Origin: Cetorhinus maximus
Lineage: Eukaryota
Assembly (NCBI RefSeq): GCF_964194155.1
Contig: NC_135908.1
Span: 4,650,001-4,714,000 of the forward strand
Direction: 5' to 3'
Length of the DNA stretch: 64,000 nt
The first letter of the stretch is position 1. Each line of letters opens with the position of its first letter. Shown here piece by piece: positions 46,542-60,549 of this stretch. The translations under genes and the position numbers were made by a program. The notes under the pieces are model-generated. The model made no database searches, was not told where the DNA came from, and saw only the letters and a program-made list of their open reading frames with translations.

Positions 46542-49500
46542 GTAATCCTTGCTAACTTTGTTCATTGGCAATTTTTTCAAATGCTGTTGAGTTTTTGGAC
46601 AGCAAGCCCCTCTTTATAGTTCAAACTGACTTTCATTGTAACATAACTGGAAGGAATGGAAACTGTTTTAAAAAAATTGTGTAGAAAACACAAACAAGTA
46701 GTTAATGGTGCTTTTACAGTTACTACTATTTTATTGATCCACTTTACCTCCCAATTTAATTGCATCAGCTTTGTTTCTGAAACAGTTGCATCAGTTGCTG
46801 TTATGTATTCAAAATAAGATGTTCCATTCCAAGAGTAATAGATTTTAAATGTTGTCTCCAGGAGAATTGATAGTTAAGTTTAAAAAGCACATTTATTGCA
46901 GTTACAGTACTTGGTCCAGATATATGCAGCTACACTCGATATATGCCAGTTTGTGCAGGTACTGTGCGTGTCCAACTGAACCGCTGAATTGCAGTAAGTT
47001 CGTTTGGCCCTGTTATTGGTCTGTTGCAAATTACCTGCTTTTTTTGATGGACCGATTGTTAATTTTCGTTGAAGGTTTCAAACTGTTTCTCCCAACCACC
47101 TTCCCACCCTCTCCAAAAAGAGGAAGCTAATAAGGGAACCCTGATAGTTCTCGTTATCATTTTTCTGTATATTTGATTTGCTGGCATCTTATTTCTGTTT
47201 TATAACTTCACTTTCTGTACATGAAAGCATTGTTTTGAGTAGGTGACCTTGCCTTTTGGAAGTTTAAGCCAAGTGCCCCAAAGCATGTGTCAAAATATTG
47301 CAATGGGGCCCTCAACGTATTTACATTTTAAAATCACTTCCCCAAAGAAATTATAAATAAAAACATACTTTTTAAATGTGTAGTATAAACACAAAAAGAA
47401 TTGTCAAAAGGAGAGATTACCAGGAGATGGAGTGGCAAATGAAGCACAAGTTGCTGAGTCTAGCAGATCGAAACAGCGAACAACCTGAAAGATTTTTCAT
47501 TTCACAACTGATACTTTGCTGCATAAATTGGGTTTTTAAAACTATCACTTGGGTCAGTGTTACTTCACCAATGCCTACACTGCTTTCGAAAAACCTGGAG
47601 CATGGAAATTATTTTAGAAGCAAATTTATACCTCATTATTGGTTGGTGGATCGTCACAAACATGGGTTGGTTTTGGTTCTGTTTGGAACTTTAATCAAAT
47701 TTTCATATAGTGATAAGGTGGTGGTGAACAAAACCTTGACTACCACATCTCTCTGGCCAATATGGCACTTTGCCTATAAGTGATTTTTAACAATGTTTAT
47801 TAAGTCATTCACTTCATGCAGTGTAGTAAAGTGGAGTTTGCAAACCTTCCTCCCAGGTTGCCCAAAACTAGCAGTTCTATCTGTAAAGCACAGTGACAGG
47901 CATTGATTGAGTTGTGCATAAAGGAAGTCGTGTCAGCACTATTTTAGTTCACTTTATTTGAAAAATAATCTTTGTGGTATTGAAGGTTTGTGTTGCAAGG
48001 CGATTCCTCTTGTTCCCATATCTCCTGTAGGTCAACTCCTTGTTGTGATATGGTTCCATGAAAAATGATTGCCACCTGATTATCTTTAGCATGAGTCCCA
48101 TTTTTCACATGAGGCATTACTGAATCTGACTATTTCACCATAGAGGCTGCGTGAGTACATAACAGCTAAGTCTGATCATGTGCTCACCTGGCATTTACAT
48201 GCATCCTTTCTGTGGATGTTGCTAGATTGGAACAGAATTTTTGTTGACTTATTTCGCCCCCCCCCCCCCCCCCCTCCCTAATCTAGGATGATGAGACCTA
48301 TTGTTATAACAAGGCCATTTCCCTGTCTCAATGTAGGCCAGGATTGAACTAATATCTTTCTGGTTGGATGGTTCAGCTCATTAACCTACAAAGTCCCTGG
48401 ATTTCTAGGGATAGCAAAAGGATACCTTTTTTAAATAAGATTCTTATTATCTAATTTTAGTTTATGATTTCAGATTGTTATAATTGTCACAAGCACATTT
48501 TTATTATCATTGAAAATCAGATTTTTGGGTAACATCTAATATGAGATGCTGAACGTGCATCCTCACAAATGTAGGAGACCTTGAGTAAAGTGCTGAGGTG
48601 GTTAGCTGAATGCCATTCAGGTAACTTGTCTGCATTTTTAAAATGAAGGCATTGTATCGCAGTAATTTGAATTGAATCAATATAGGTACAGTCCAAATTT
48701 TCTATATTGCAAAGATGTTGTAATTTCAGTTTGACAAATTGCCTTGGCACTGACATTGGATGCAAAACTTAGCTATTTTTAAAAATCTGATCTATTTAAG
48801 CATTCTGAAAGAAATTTCATAACTAACGCAATCAAAGAAGTACAAAAAATTAATGTTAAACTCTGGGCTGTACCACTGAGATACAGCTCAATCAGTAAAG
48901 CAAATAGGATGCAGAACTATATAGAAGAAAACAATGGAGTATAGGAATGCAACATGCTCTGGTCAAACTATACCTTGAGTGCTGTGTCCAATTCCAATCA
49001 AGGTGAAAAGAAGACATTCAAGCCCATGGGGCATTTAACTCAAGTAATGAAGAATTGAGTGTGAAAACGATGGGAGGAATTTGGTCTTTTAGTCATGAAA
49101 AGAAGCAACTGAGGGGTGACGTACGGCAGTGAATGGTATGGGAAAAGGTCAATCTGGACATTAAAGATGAGCTAAAATGTGACACTAGTAAAAGGCAGAT
49201 TTAGGTCAATTTTGAGGAACTTCTTCACACAAAGGATGATTGACACACAGAGGCAGAAAACAGATGAATAAGAAGGAAAGGAATTAAATTTAAAAACAGA
49301 TGGATGCTCTACTGGGATAACTGGTCTTTCTGGATGGATAATCCAAGATAATGCAAACGGCCTTTGTCATCCATATTTCTGGGATTAACTTTCTAATTTC
49401 TCTTGATTTGTATTGTCAATTTGCTTTTGTTTTGAAGGCCTGGTCAGAGGTTGTGGAGAAGAGGAAATTGAAGGATCTAAATTAACAGCTGAGAGAATTA

Positions 49501-52148
49501 ACCCAGAATACTTTGGCATTTATTTATCTCTGCACTGCATTAAATCTGTTAAACCTTCCAGCACATTTGACCTTAGTAATCAGAACCTTACAACTACAAC
49601 CAAAAATAACTAAGACAAGAAAGTGGGGGGTAGGGTGTAGGGGACAATGATGGAATAGCTTAATTTGTATTACAAAATCATATGGTTTGACTTTTGTTAT
49701 ATGCTTTTTCAGCTTAACTCCAGTTGAATGCCAGCTTGTGCATCTTTTCACCAGATGAAATGTAGATTGAAGTTTAAAACTACAGGCACTGAGTGCAATA
49801 ATCAAGGTAGTAACTATATCTAGAATATTAATTGAAGTAGTGAGCTAATTTGATTTCAGGTTAGCAAGTAGAATTCCCTCCCCAGTATTTACAGTAATCC
49901 AATTTTGCACTGTAGTCTTATTTTTAATAGTGCCAACAGTGACAGTGATGTATGTGTCAACTGTTAATGCATTTTGTGAGATTCAAGCAGCTTGTCATTT
50001 AGAGTATAATTACTGCTGGTGTTTGAGATACACAATTGAATAGTGGAAGGTCTTTGTTCAGCCCAGATTTGGATGTTGAAGAAGAATAAGACATTTGTTT
50101 TGTGATTGAGTTTGGCAATCTCAATCAGAGTGGAAATGATCAGAGCTAAAATTGGGTTAGTTTCATCAAGTTAGTTCATGATAATTATCTAGTGCTGCTT
50201 GTTGAAATTGCATTTGCATCAGTTTTGGCTAAAGAAACAAAGTATTTGTATTAAAATTTTGCATTATACCTCCAGGAGACCTTATGAAATATAGTTACAG
50301 CAACCTCCCAAAAACACCGTGAGATAAACGTTCAACTAATCTATGATGTTGGTCAAGGATAAATGTTGTCAGGGCACCAGGAGAACGTTTCTGTTCTTGG
50401 AACAGTGCCATATTCATTGAGAGGGTAAATGGGTCCTGGTTTAATGTCTCATTGGCAGATGGTGCCTCTGACAGTGCTGCGTTCCCTCAGTGCTACATTT
50501 AAATGTCAGCCTGAAATAAATTCTCAAGTCACAGGGGGGTGACCTCCTGACTTAAAAGCCAAGAGCGCTAAGCCTGAACCAAGGCTGACACCTTATAATG
50601 GGATTAAGTCTTTGTCCAAACAGCCTGTTGACTTTCACTGTACTCTACATGAAGAATTTTCATTTGGGCAAGAAACTGGAACATTACTGCAAATCTGGAA
50701 ATCCAGTCTGACAAACCAAGAGAGAAGTTTAACGTGCTTATTTTTGAACAAATTATTTTGATCTTGTATCAGTTACAAAATTGCAAACTTAACTTTGTAA
50801 ACTGAGATTGACGTGTATTACTATAACTGGGCCTGCTCGTACGCTGTAACGTTTAACATCCGGCTTTATCTTCAAATTTTTTAGAACTTATGGCACTGAA
50901 TTGGAACAAAAGGTTAGGCAGTAAGTTGGAGGCATTAAAAGTCAGTAGATTTTTACTAAATTTTATTTTTATATGAAAAATGTTTTTAAAAATCCACCAC
51001 TTCCCAATGGCTCAACTGATAAACAGTATGTAATTGAATTGCACAGGCCAGAGGTCGCACATTCAATTACTAGCAATTCAAAGGCCCCTGCTTGTCCCCA
51101 GAGAGCTTTTGCAAAATGTCGTTCACGTGATTTCCTTCTGAAGAATTTCTACATTTTATTCTTGACATTAATAAACTTCGATGAATTATTCCTTTCTGGC
51201 GAATGGGCACCGTGGTATATGCCTGTAAGGTGATCTTCTTAATGCAATTTCCATTGACAGTCGAGTTTAGCGACGCCAGAGGATAAAGATGTTCTTATTG
51301 ACTAATCTAATGGTCATTATGGTGATAGCTGGGATACTGCCCCTGAGCTAGGGAAGGAGAAATCTGCAAGGTTTCTTCCCCTAAATTTGTTGTCCTCACC
51401 CTTGACATAAATTGGCTGTGTGTGGATGAGGAAAGAAATCTGAATCGCTGTTGTCCCTCTACCCTCAACCATTTGTTGGTGTCTCTGTCTGGGGTTACAT
51501 GAAAAATGACCCCTTGAGTGAGGTTCCAGAAGAGGCCAAGCAGTCAAGGAGCAGTATATCAGTGAGTTAGTACTTCAGAAGGTGAGGGGTAGGGGTGGTT
51601 GACAGTAAAATGCAGCATGTCATTCTGTTATTCGAATAACTACTCCCTCTGTGGGTTCCAGGCTAACCATGCTTTAAATAGGAGTCAAAGAAATAGACTG
51701 AGAAACAAATGAGAGGAAAGTTAATATATCAGACTATATGACTTCAAAAAGAGCTCCTTTTACAGTCGTAGAGTTATGCGACACAGAAATAGGCCCTACA
51801 GCCCATCGTGTCCGTGCCGCCCAGCAAGCACCTATCTATTCTACTCCCATTTTCTAGCACTTGGCCCGTAGCCCTGTATGCTATTGCGTTTCAAGTGCTC
51901 ATCTAAGTACTTAAATGTTGTGAGGAAAGCTTTGTTGAATGCTTGCTGTAATATATCACAACACTTGAGACCAGAGCAAAATTTAGCAAACTCACCTATC
52001 CTGCTCTGAGTTAAGTTACATAGTTACCAATTCGTCAACCCAGATTCACTTCTGTACTTTCTCCAAGGGAGATGGAAGAGTGAATCTTATTTTGTTTAAT
52101 ACTGTGAAGTACTTGCGCTCTCAGCCACTGTTGTTTCTGTTTTCTCAG

Positions 52149-52229
52149 GATCCAGCAGTAACTCAACTGACTAAAGCCAACCAGCAAGGTATTGATGACT
52201 TTAATCCATTCACTGAGAATTCCAGGCTG
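52149..52229 (+). CDS. SCAMP2: SCAMP2 exon 2
   Basis: 81 nt, tttctcag|GAT CCA...AGG CTG|gtaagt; DPAVTQLTKANQQGIDDFNPFTENSRL contains the third NPF. Confidence 0.92.
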
Positions 52230-54240
52230 GTAAGTTTAATTTGTACATTGTGATTTTGCACTTCCTACTCAGCTCAAAAGTGAACTTTAAGCAGTGCTCC
52301 TTCTTTCTAGTGCAGGTGTAGTGCAAGGTGTATGTGCACAGAAACCTTGAAAAGAAAGTGATTGTATATTCTCTGCTTAGGGTCTTTTTCTCGGCTGTAT
52401 GTCATTGAGATTCTGATCTTAGCTGGGTAGGCAGAAGAGATTTAGAAAAGTTAGTGTTTCCTTATCAGGTTGAGTAACTGGGGTGACATTGAACACAGCA
52501 TAGCAGGCAGTTGACAGCTGGCTGTACTTGTTCAAAAATTGTTTTTAATGTACAACTTGTTTAAAAGGTATTTCCAGTGGATTAATCTTGTGTAACATGT
52601 CAAAACCTTATTTCAACTCTGTACGTGTAGTTGGTAAGAAGATTGTGAAATATTTTTGAATAGGACCATTGAGATGTGGTTTAGTTGCGGCTTCACTTTA
52701 AATGTCGTTCTTATAGTTTGGTCTAATGCAATAATGGAAATGTTACAAAATACACCTTTTACAATGGCTAAATTGGATTTTGTAAATTGGTTGGGGAAAT
52801 AGGCTTAGGAAACTTACAGATGTGAAGAATAGTCAGAATTTCTTTAATAGCTACTGCAAATCAGCGAGGAATCTACATATTATTTTAGATCTGCATTATT
52901 CAGAAATTACTAACTGAGAGTGTTAGATAAGTTCCTTTTTTCCTTATTGACTTACACTCACCTCCTCAATACAAGGTATTAATTCTTTACTGAAATACGG
53001 TCCATGAACACCCATTGACTTGTGCTACTTCCCCTAAGTAGACTTGACAGCGACAGTGGGGTGCAGCCACACGTAAACCTGACACAGTCATTGCCTGATA
53101 TCCAGGTACTTCCAACAGGGCTCACTGCATAAGGATCAGGAATGAGTGTTTGCTTTCCTTTCCTAACCCAGGGCACTGAGGCTGGTTATAGGCACTCTGT
53201 CATCCCTCTGGTGTGAAATCTGTGAACCTTTTTAGTGCAGACCATTATGTGCGTTGCCTGGCTGTGCATTGCCTAAAGCACTTCTTTGTTGAGTGCATGC
53301 TGTAATTCTGAAAGTTGAATATTACTAATATGCAAATACCTTAACCCAGTTAAGGCAGTGATATTGTAATTCTGACCTAAATTAAACAAAGTTAGAAAAT
53401 TGTTCTGAAACCAAGTTATTCAGTGCACAGTGATTATTTATGATGGTCATATCCTTGTCTGCATAGAATAATGTAATAAAGTAATTACTAGTTGTACCTA
53501 AAAGCTTTTGTCTTTGGGAAAAGCCAAAAATGAAATGGGTTCTTTTAATTGCGTTGGTTTATGTAGGACACCTGAATAGTCAAATTAGGCATCACTCATT
53601 AAAATCCATTATTTTTAGATAACAAACCAGTGGATTGCCTAAAAATTGTGGATTCAGTAATAAAATCAAAAGCACTTGAGCTCATTCTTTAAGAAAAAAT
53701 GAACTCGTTCTTTGAGAATAGATGAATAGAAAAGAAATTATCAGTTAAATTGACATTTTGTTTGTAAATTTGTACAGCAATAAATTCAGAGCCACATTCT
53801 CTTGAATGAGACATTAGATAGAGACTCTGTTTACCTGTTTCATTGGTTCAGCTGGGCTTTGGCTGTAACCAAAGAAAGCAACATGTTTACCTATTGCTTC
53901 AGCCAACTTTCCTCTCTTAGCTAACAGCAACAAAAATACCCATTAGCTGGTTATTTGCCTCAAAAGCTGTTTGCATGAGGTTGCTGATTAAAGATTGGCT
54001 ACTGTATTTGTTTATAAACAGTAACTACACTTCAAAAGTAGCTCATTATGTGGAGATTTGATAAGGAATGATAGAAAAGCAAGTGTTACTTTCAAATGTT
54101 GTAATTCTTTTTTTTATAAATTTGCGAATGATCGTTATGTCTGTTTGATTCCTGGCACACGTGTGTGGAGAGCAATTGTAGCTGCTTAATTTAAAATTAA
54201 CAGTTTAGTTCATTCCTAACTTGTTTTTTGTTTTTTTTAG

Positions 54241-54336
54241 ACGCCTCCTATTTCAGATACCAAAGTGCCAGCTGGACAGAAGACTACTCCTTCTCAGCCA
54301 GCAATATTGCAGACCACAGCAGAACCCAGTCCTCAG
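54241..54336 (+). CDS. SCAMP2: SCAMP2 exon 3
   Basis: 96 nt, ttttttttag|ACG CCT...CCT CAG|gtatgg; TPPISDTKVPAGQKTTPSQPAILQTTAEPSPQ. Confidence 0.88.
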
Positions 54337-57300
54337 GTATGGAATGACAAATCAACATTATACAAATCTGTTGAGCAGGTAGCAGTGTGGAGTATTACAG
54401 TAAATGCAAAAACTTGTAGAGACCAACTTAATTCAATTGGTAGTGCTCCCATCTGTAGGTCGGAAGGTTGTGGGTTCAAGTCACACTACAGATGAGAACA
54501 AAATCCAAGGCTGACAGTTCAATGCAACATAGAGGGAATGCTGCATTGTCGTCAGAGTCATCTTTCAGATAGAGATGTCAAACCTTTGTCTGTCCATGTG
54601 GATGCGAATGATCCCATGCACTGTTTGAAGAAGAACTGGGAGTTGAATCCTGACCAACAGTCCCCTCGTAACATGGTTTTGGTGGTGTTGGTTATCTCAT
54701 GTTTGGAACATTCCTGGGAGCAAATTGGTTGTATTGTTTTCTTACGTGATTGTACCTCAGTTATTGTAATGCTCTGAGATATCCCGAGGATGTGATGATC
54801 TGCTATATGAATACAATTTTGTTCTTTCAATTGTCTTGTGTAGTGAGAATAAAAACATCTAAAATGTGACTTTAATTTTATAAGCCTATTGAAAGTTTTT
54901 CTTCACCTTCTTTCCTCACCTTATTTTCTTAGCTTACAGATTATATCAACTACACTAATTATTGATCAAGTCAATATTTTATATTTTGTATAGAATTTTA
55001 AGAGCAATAAAAAGTTTAATCTTGGGCCCACCATTGCAATTTCTCTGTGGATGGGTAGGCCAGTTGTTTTCATGCCTATGCCCATGTCTAGCTATAAGTA
55101 GGAAGTTAGGCACTTCCTCAGAGTAGAAAAATAATATTCTTTTTGCAGGAAAACAGTCCTTCAAACTAACTGACCACTCCATGACGGGGCATATTGCAGC
55201 AACATTATGTTACACCACTGTCCTGCATATGCAATTACTTGGACTGGATCCACTTTGCATTCATTATTCCGCATTTTTGTTATGAATTTCCATAAAGAAA
55301 ATTTTTGAGTGGATTTGGGACAGTTTTATAGGTCCTCTTTTTCTCGTTTGGGATTGTTTTGGAACCACCTTAACACAATGATCTTAACTCCCAATTTGCT
55401 TAGTTGATGAACAAAATCTCAGTACGATTTGGATTCTAATGAAATTGATGACTGAAACACAAATACTTTCTCACAGATTGAGGGCACTTCACTATTATTA
55501 CTTGGTGCAGCAAATAGTCATAGCGGTGAAACTGTCAGCATTCTGTTATTACTGCACTGAAACTGAACTTCTGGAGGCTACACATATGCAGAATAACGTG
55601 GAAATCCACAAATTGCTGTCAGTGATTCTACATTTGTCCAGAGGATGTGCTGTTGAGGTTCCCCCCTGACCTGCATTCCAGATTGTAATCAATAGGAGCG
55701 TTCTGAAATGATGAGAATTTCCACTTTTACGCTGTTAGCCTTGCTGTAAAAGCCCTTGAAAAGCACCTTATTGAATGAGGTGTAACTGGGTTTTTAACGG
55801 TGTACCAACTTCATAATTAGTATCGAACAGCCTCACTGACCCTGAAAAGCTAATTTTATATTTCCAGAATGGCAAATATTTCCATAATAAATTCTGCTAC
55901 TTAAAAAGAAGAAAATTTCAGGCATTTGTACATTATTTTGGCTTCTATTGTAATCCAATCACTTCACTATCTGAAAATCTAAATTAAGAGAGAAAGTTCT
56001 TTGAACTTCCTGGTTTGCTGTGTATGAATACTTCAGTGTATTTACCTGCTTTCTGACATCATTGCTGCTATAAACTGATCTCTTCACTTGTCTCGGTGCC
56101 AGGTTTAAACTTCCAGGAAAGTGTGTGGGGGGCGGACCACGTCACAAAGATTGCTAGATCTTTATGGGCAGCTTTCTGAGATCAGTGAGTGCTGTGCTTT
56201 GCCACTGACTGTAAAGTTCAGGCCATTGAGTTACTTGATGTCTACTATACGCAACAAAGAATTCAGGAAATGTAGAAATTCCATGTAATGCACAAATGGC
56301 TGCAATATCACTGTAGTGCCAAACCCATGGTGTTAGTGCCCTTGAAGAGGATAAGGACATCTATTTTTAATAGACACTGTGTATTGATGTTGAAATGCCT
56401 GTTGCAGAATGCTGCTATTCAATCCTAAGCAGGCATATGCTTGAGGAATTTCTGCCTTTGACCTTGTGTTGAGCAAGATTCATCAATAACACTGCTCACA
56501 ATTCCTCTAACACAAATACTTTTTTCAAGTCAGCATGTCTTACAGGGTCCTTCCAACTTTGCCTTATTCTGTAGTTCCATGCATCTTTCATATTAATGTT
56601 CACTTGTTAACTTGTAACCATTTCCTGCTGCCAAACCTACAATCAAAGTATGGTGCGTTATCACTCTCTCTGAATTTAATGTCACAGGCAATTAGCCAGC
56701 AGCCAGGGTGAGTTAAGAGACAGTAATTCAACCAAGGAATATCTTGTGACATTTATAAACCAATTGAGCATTCAATGCTGAAGTGTTTCACAGCTGAAGT
56801 GAACTCAGTAAATTACTATATCTTAAAAGTTAGTATTCAGTCATATTTAATTTCGGTGTTATTCTGCAATATTTTTAAGAATCACAGTTGTTTTTAAGTT
56901 AATACCAGTGCTAGATATTTATCGTGGTAAAACAAGAGTCAGTCTCAAAAGTTCAGTTATGCTCCAAATTTATATACGGTTTCACTGATTTTAAGGGATA
57001 TAATCCTTTTTAAACCTCCAGCTGGCAGATTACTGAGATAGTATATTTTGCTCTTTAAACAAATTTTAAACCTGCTAGTGTCTTAATATTTTTGACATCT
57101 ATTGTATTTATTTATTTGATTTATTCTATTTATTTATCTATTAAACTTTAAGAATCCTTCCTTTCAGCTGTATCTTCTTTTTGAGGATGTTTTTTAAAAA
57201 TAAAATTTGGCTACTTTCCACAACTTAGAGGGATGGAATAGTAGGGTCCTTATGATTTTTTGTTTTGAGGAATTCATTCTGATCATGTGATTTTTTTGGC

Positions 57301-58748
57301 AATTTGGGGTATTTACAATGTGCAACCCTCACTGTGTGTGGCTTGTGTCAATGACTGCACACTTCAGTTAGGAGTGAGAACTTTTGAGATAGGCCCTTTC
57401 AGCTATTGAAGATCATGAAGTTAGACTGTCTAGCTTGTGTTGCAGATACTACTGTTTCAGCAGGCCAGGAAGTTTCTGTCTACCTTATCCAGTCCATTGT
57501 CTACTCCAATTAACAATGACAAGTACTCAGAGACCTGCAGGTTGTTAGGGGGAATTCCTTTCGAATGTAAAGACCAGGTGAGAAGAAAAATAGGATCAGG
57601 TAGGAAAACTAGCTGTTTCCTGAAAAAGACAGATTTCTATAAATACAAGTTTAATGTAAATTGGGTTATCCATGTGTATTCCCACAATTCTAGTATTTTT
57701 CTTTCCTGCTCAGTTATCTGAAAGGTACATCTTCTATCAATCTAGTTTGAACAAAATAGTTATCTTGGTATCCTGATAGGTATCAAACACACACATCCAC
57801 AGTTCAAATCCCAGTCTGAGAATGTAACCCAACTTCTTCATTCAGTTTTCGTAGTTTCATGATCCTATATGTACAGCTGAATAAGTGGTCATTCAAACTG
57901 TGGATGGGGAACCACTAAGATACCTGCCCCTTTTATGGGGCTTGTCACTTGGTCTCCACACCAGCCAACCCCTTCTTGTACATAGTGCCTCATTCTTGAA
58001 TTGGAAAATTGGTTATTTCATTTTGCCATCAATATCACATCAGTTTGACTGTACAGCTGGAGAAAGGTGTACTTTGTTTCAATAATAGACATTTCACAAA
58101 AAAATTAAAACCTCAAAGGTCTGAAAATGACTCGTTTTGCTGTTTTGGCTATGATTCTGCAGTAAAAGTGGCAGCATTCCCAATTTAGTTCTCACATTGT
58201 GGGATGCCAAGTAAAACACCCCTTTACTTGAACTTAATGATGCAGCCCAATTCCAGTCTCATAACAGTGCTTCCTACTGCACCAATACGATTCCTTATTT
58301 TCCACACGTCATCATTGACTGTTTTTGCTGTGCGTTTGTATCCACCAAGAACCGGGTTACATTGGTCTCATTTCATGTAGGAAACTTTTGGTCAGCAGCA
58401 AATGAACTAATCTTTAGATTTGGACTTGAGTGCCAAAGTTGAAAAAGCAGTGCACAGCTTCCAGTCCTCCTCTTCTAACCTTGTATTGTTTGATGGAGCA
58501 TTGCTAAGCAGTAAAGATTCAAGATCAGAAGAGAGGAAACAAAAATTAGCAGAACCAGTCCTGTATTAGGATTATGTAACTGGTAGCTAGCTGAACATGG
58601 TGCCCCTGACACTCTGCTAGTTGGATCGTCCCTTACTTTACTCACAAAGTGAGAAGGTTTTGGGGAATCAGAAAATCAGTAATGAGCAATTTTTCTACAA
58701 AGCTATTGGTTTTTCACCTCGCTTACATGTTGTTTTTATACTATTCAG

Positions 58749-58860
58749 GCCAGTGCTACAGCTGCACAGCTGGCACTGCTTCGACAGCAGGAAGAGCTAG
58801 AAAGAAAAGCTGCAGAACTAGACCGCAAAGAGCAAGAACTGAAGAATGAAAGTTATGCTT
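58749..58860 (+). CDS. SCAMP2: SCAMP2 exon 4 (coiled coil)
   Basis: 112 nt, ctattcag|GCC...GCT T|gtaagg; ASATAAQLALLRQQEELERKAAELDRKEQELKNESYA. Confidence 0.94.
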
Positions 58861-59836
58861 GTAAGGATTTGCTAACCGATTTATAAGTCGTCCCTGCCTA
58901 TCACTCCTGTCCACACCGATCTCTTAACTCCCTGTTCCTCAGTATATATTGACTTAAAAATTCTCATCCTTATCTACGTATTTCTCCTTGGCCTTGTTCT
59001 CTCGCTGTATAACCTCCTCTAACCATATGTTCCTGCTCAAATCTTCTGCCTTTTAGAGTCCCATTTACTGTCCGTTTTCTTTCCTGCTTCAATTATACCA
59101 GAGCCTTCATCCAACTTACCCTATATAGTGGAATTATTTCACCATACCCTTGTTTACAGCTTTCACCACCTTCAAAAACTTGCTTAAAACCTATTTCTTT
59201 GAGTATCTACTCTCTCTAATTTCTTCACTATTGATGCTCTGGTACAACCCTTAATGGGAAAGGATTTGGGGCAGTTTTGTTATGTTAAAACTGCTATGTA
59301 AGTGAAAGTTGTTTATAAGCATTAAGGTTTAATTGAGAAATGCAATAAATTGAAGTGTTGTGTGCACAGCATTATGGAATTTTGGGAAAAGATCGCTTGA
59401 ATAAACGCAAATTGCAGCAAGAGCTATTAACCATTAAGAAAAGACCAGAAACAAATTTAACTCCTCAAACAGTGGTCATTTCCAGAAGTGTTTAATAGTT
59501 GCAATCCTTCTACTGTGTTTCAAGACTATTAACACTACACCTGGAGCTCTTAAAGAAGAATTGTTGCATGAAGTTAAATGTAACGAAAGCAGTTGTCCTG
59601 AATCAGTAAATGCAGAGATACTAGAGCAGAATGCCATGTTCAGTTGAGTTCTGCCCAATGCATCTATTCATAAGCTGCGTTAAGAATCACAATTCATAGC
59701 TTTCAGCTGATCAGCTTTGAATTTACTAACCTTGCTCTTTAGAACATTCGGAATTCTCTGGTATTTTGGAATACATTTCTCCTTTTAACAAACTTGAATA
59801 TTTTTTTAAACAAAGTTTCTTTGTTCCTTCATACAG

Positions 59837-59965
59837 CAAAGAGGAATAACTGGCCCCCTTTTCCTTCGTTCTGCCCCATCAAACCATGCTTCTACCAGGA
59901 CTTCGCAGCAGAGATCCCATCAGGCTTCCAGAGGACAGTAAAAATGTTATACTACTTATGGATGT
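59837..59965 (+). CDS. SCAMP2: SCAMP2 exon 5
   Basis: 129 nt, catacag|CA AAG...ATG T|gtaagt; [42 protein letters not shown]. Confidence 0.96.
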
Positions 59966-60389
59966 GTAAGTTGCAATCAATGATCCTTCAGTTTTCTTTG
60001 CTGTGCATTGCCTGTTTATTTCAATGTGCGGCACTTTTTTGCTCCGTGGCGCGCACACTCGATCTTGAACAGTACCTTCACAATTGCTGTGCAAAAGTGC
60101 AACTCAGAGAACATTGGCAGCTGTACTATTGGTGTAAGCTATTAAATCAAGGTGCGACATATAACTAGAAGTTCTTATGATGCCTCAGTTGGTAAAAAAC
60201 AAGTGAGTGTATTATACAGGTGATGAGAGTCAGTTTGCATCCTTGCAATGAGCTGTTTGGGGAGTACAAAAATTCAATTGGAGGTGTTTTCTTTAACATC
60301 CTATGATTCCGAAGATACTTTTTGAGTGATCATCTCAGTAAATGTGCTCATGTAAGTCATTGAAACCATGTTTCTTTTTCTTCCAACAG

Positions 60390-60549
60390 TCCATGCAGTC
60401 ACATTATTCTTGAACCTCCTTGCTTGCCTGGCTGAGTTTATTGCTGATCCAAAACATGGAGTAGACTTTGGCTTGGCGATCTTGTGGTTTTTACTTTTCA
60501 CTCCTTGTGCCTTCCTCTGTTGGTATAGGCCAGTTTACAAGGCTTTCAG
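60390..60549 (+). CDS. SCAMP2: SCAMP2 exon 6 (TM segments and E-peptide)
   Basis: 160 nt, ttccaacag|TC CAT...TTC AG|gtaaaa; [14 protein letters not shown]...[28 protein letters not shown]. Confidence 0.96.

Noticed and set aside
55680-56250. Possible MITE or DNA-transposon remnant in SCAMP2 intron 3
   Set aside because: I could not define terminal inverted repeats or a TSD by eye.
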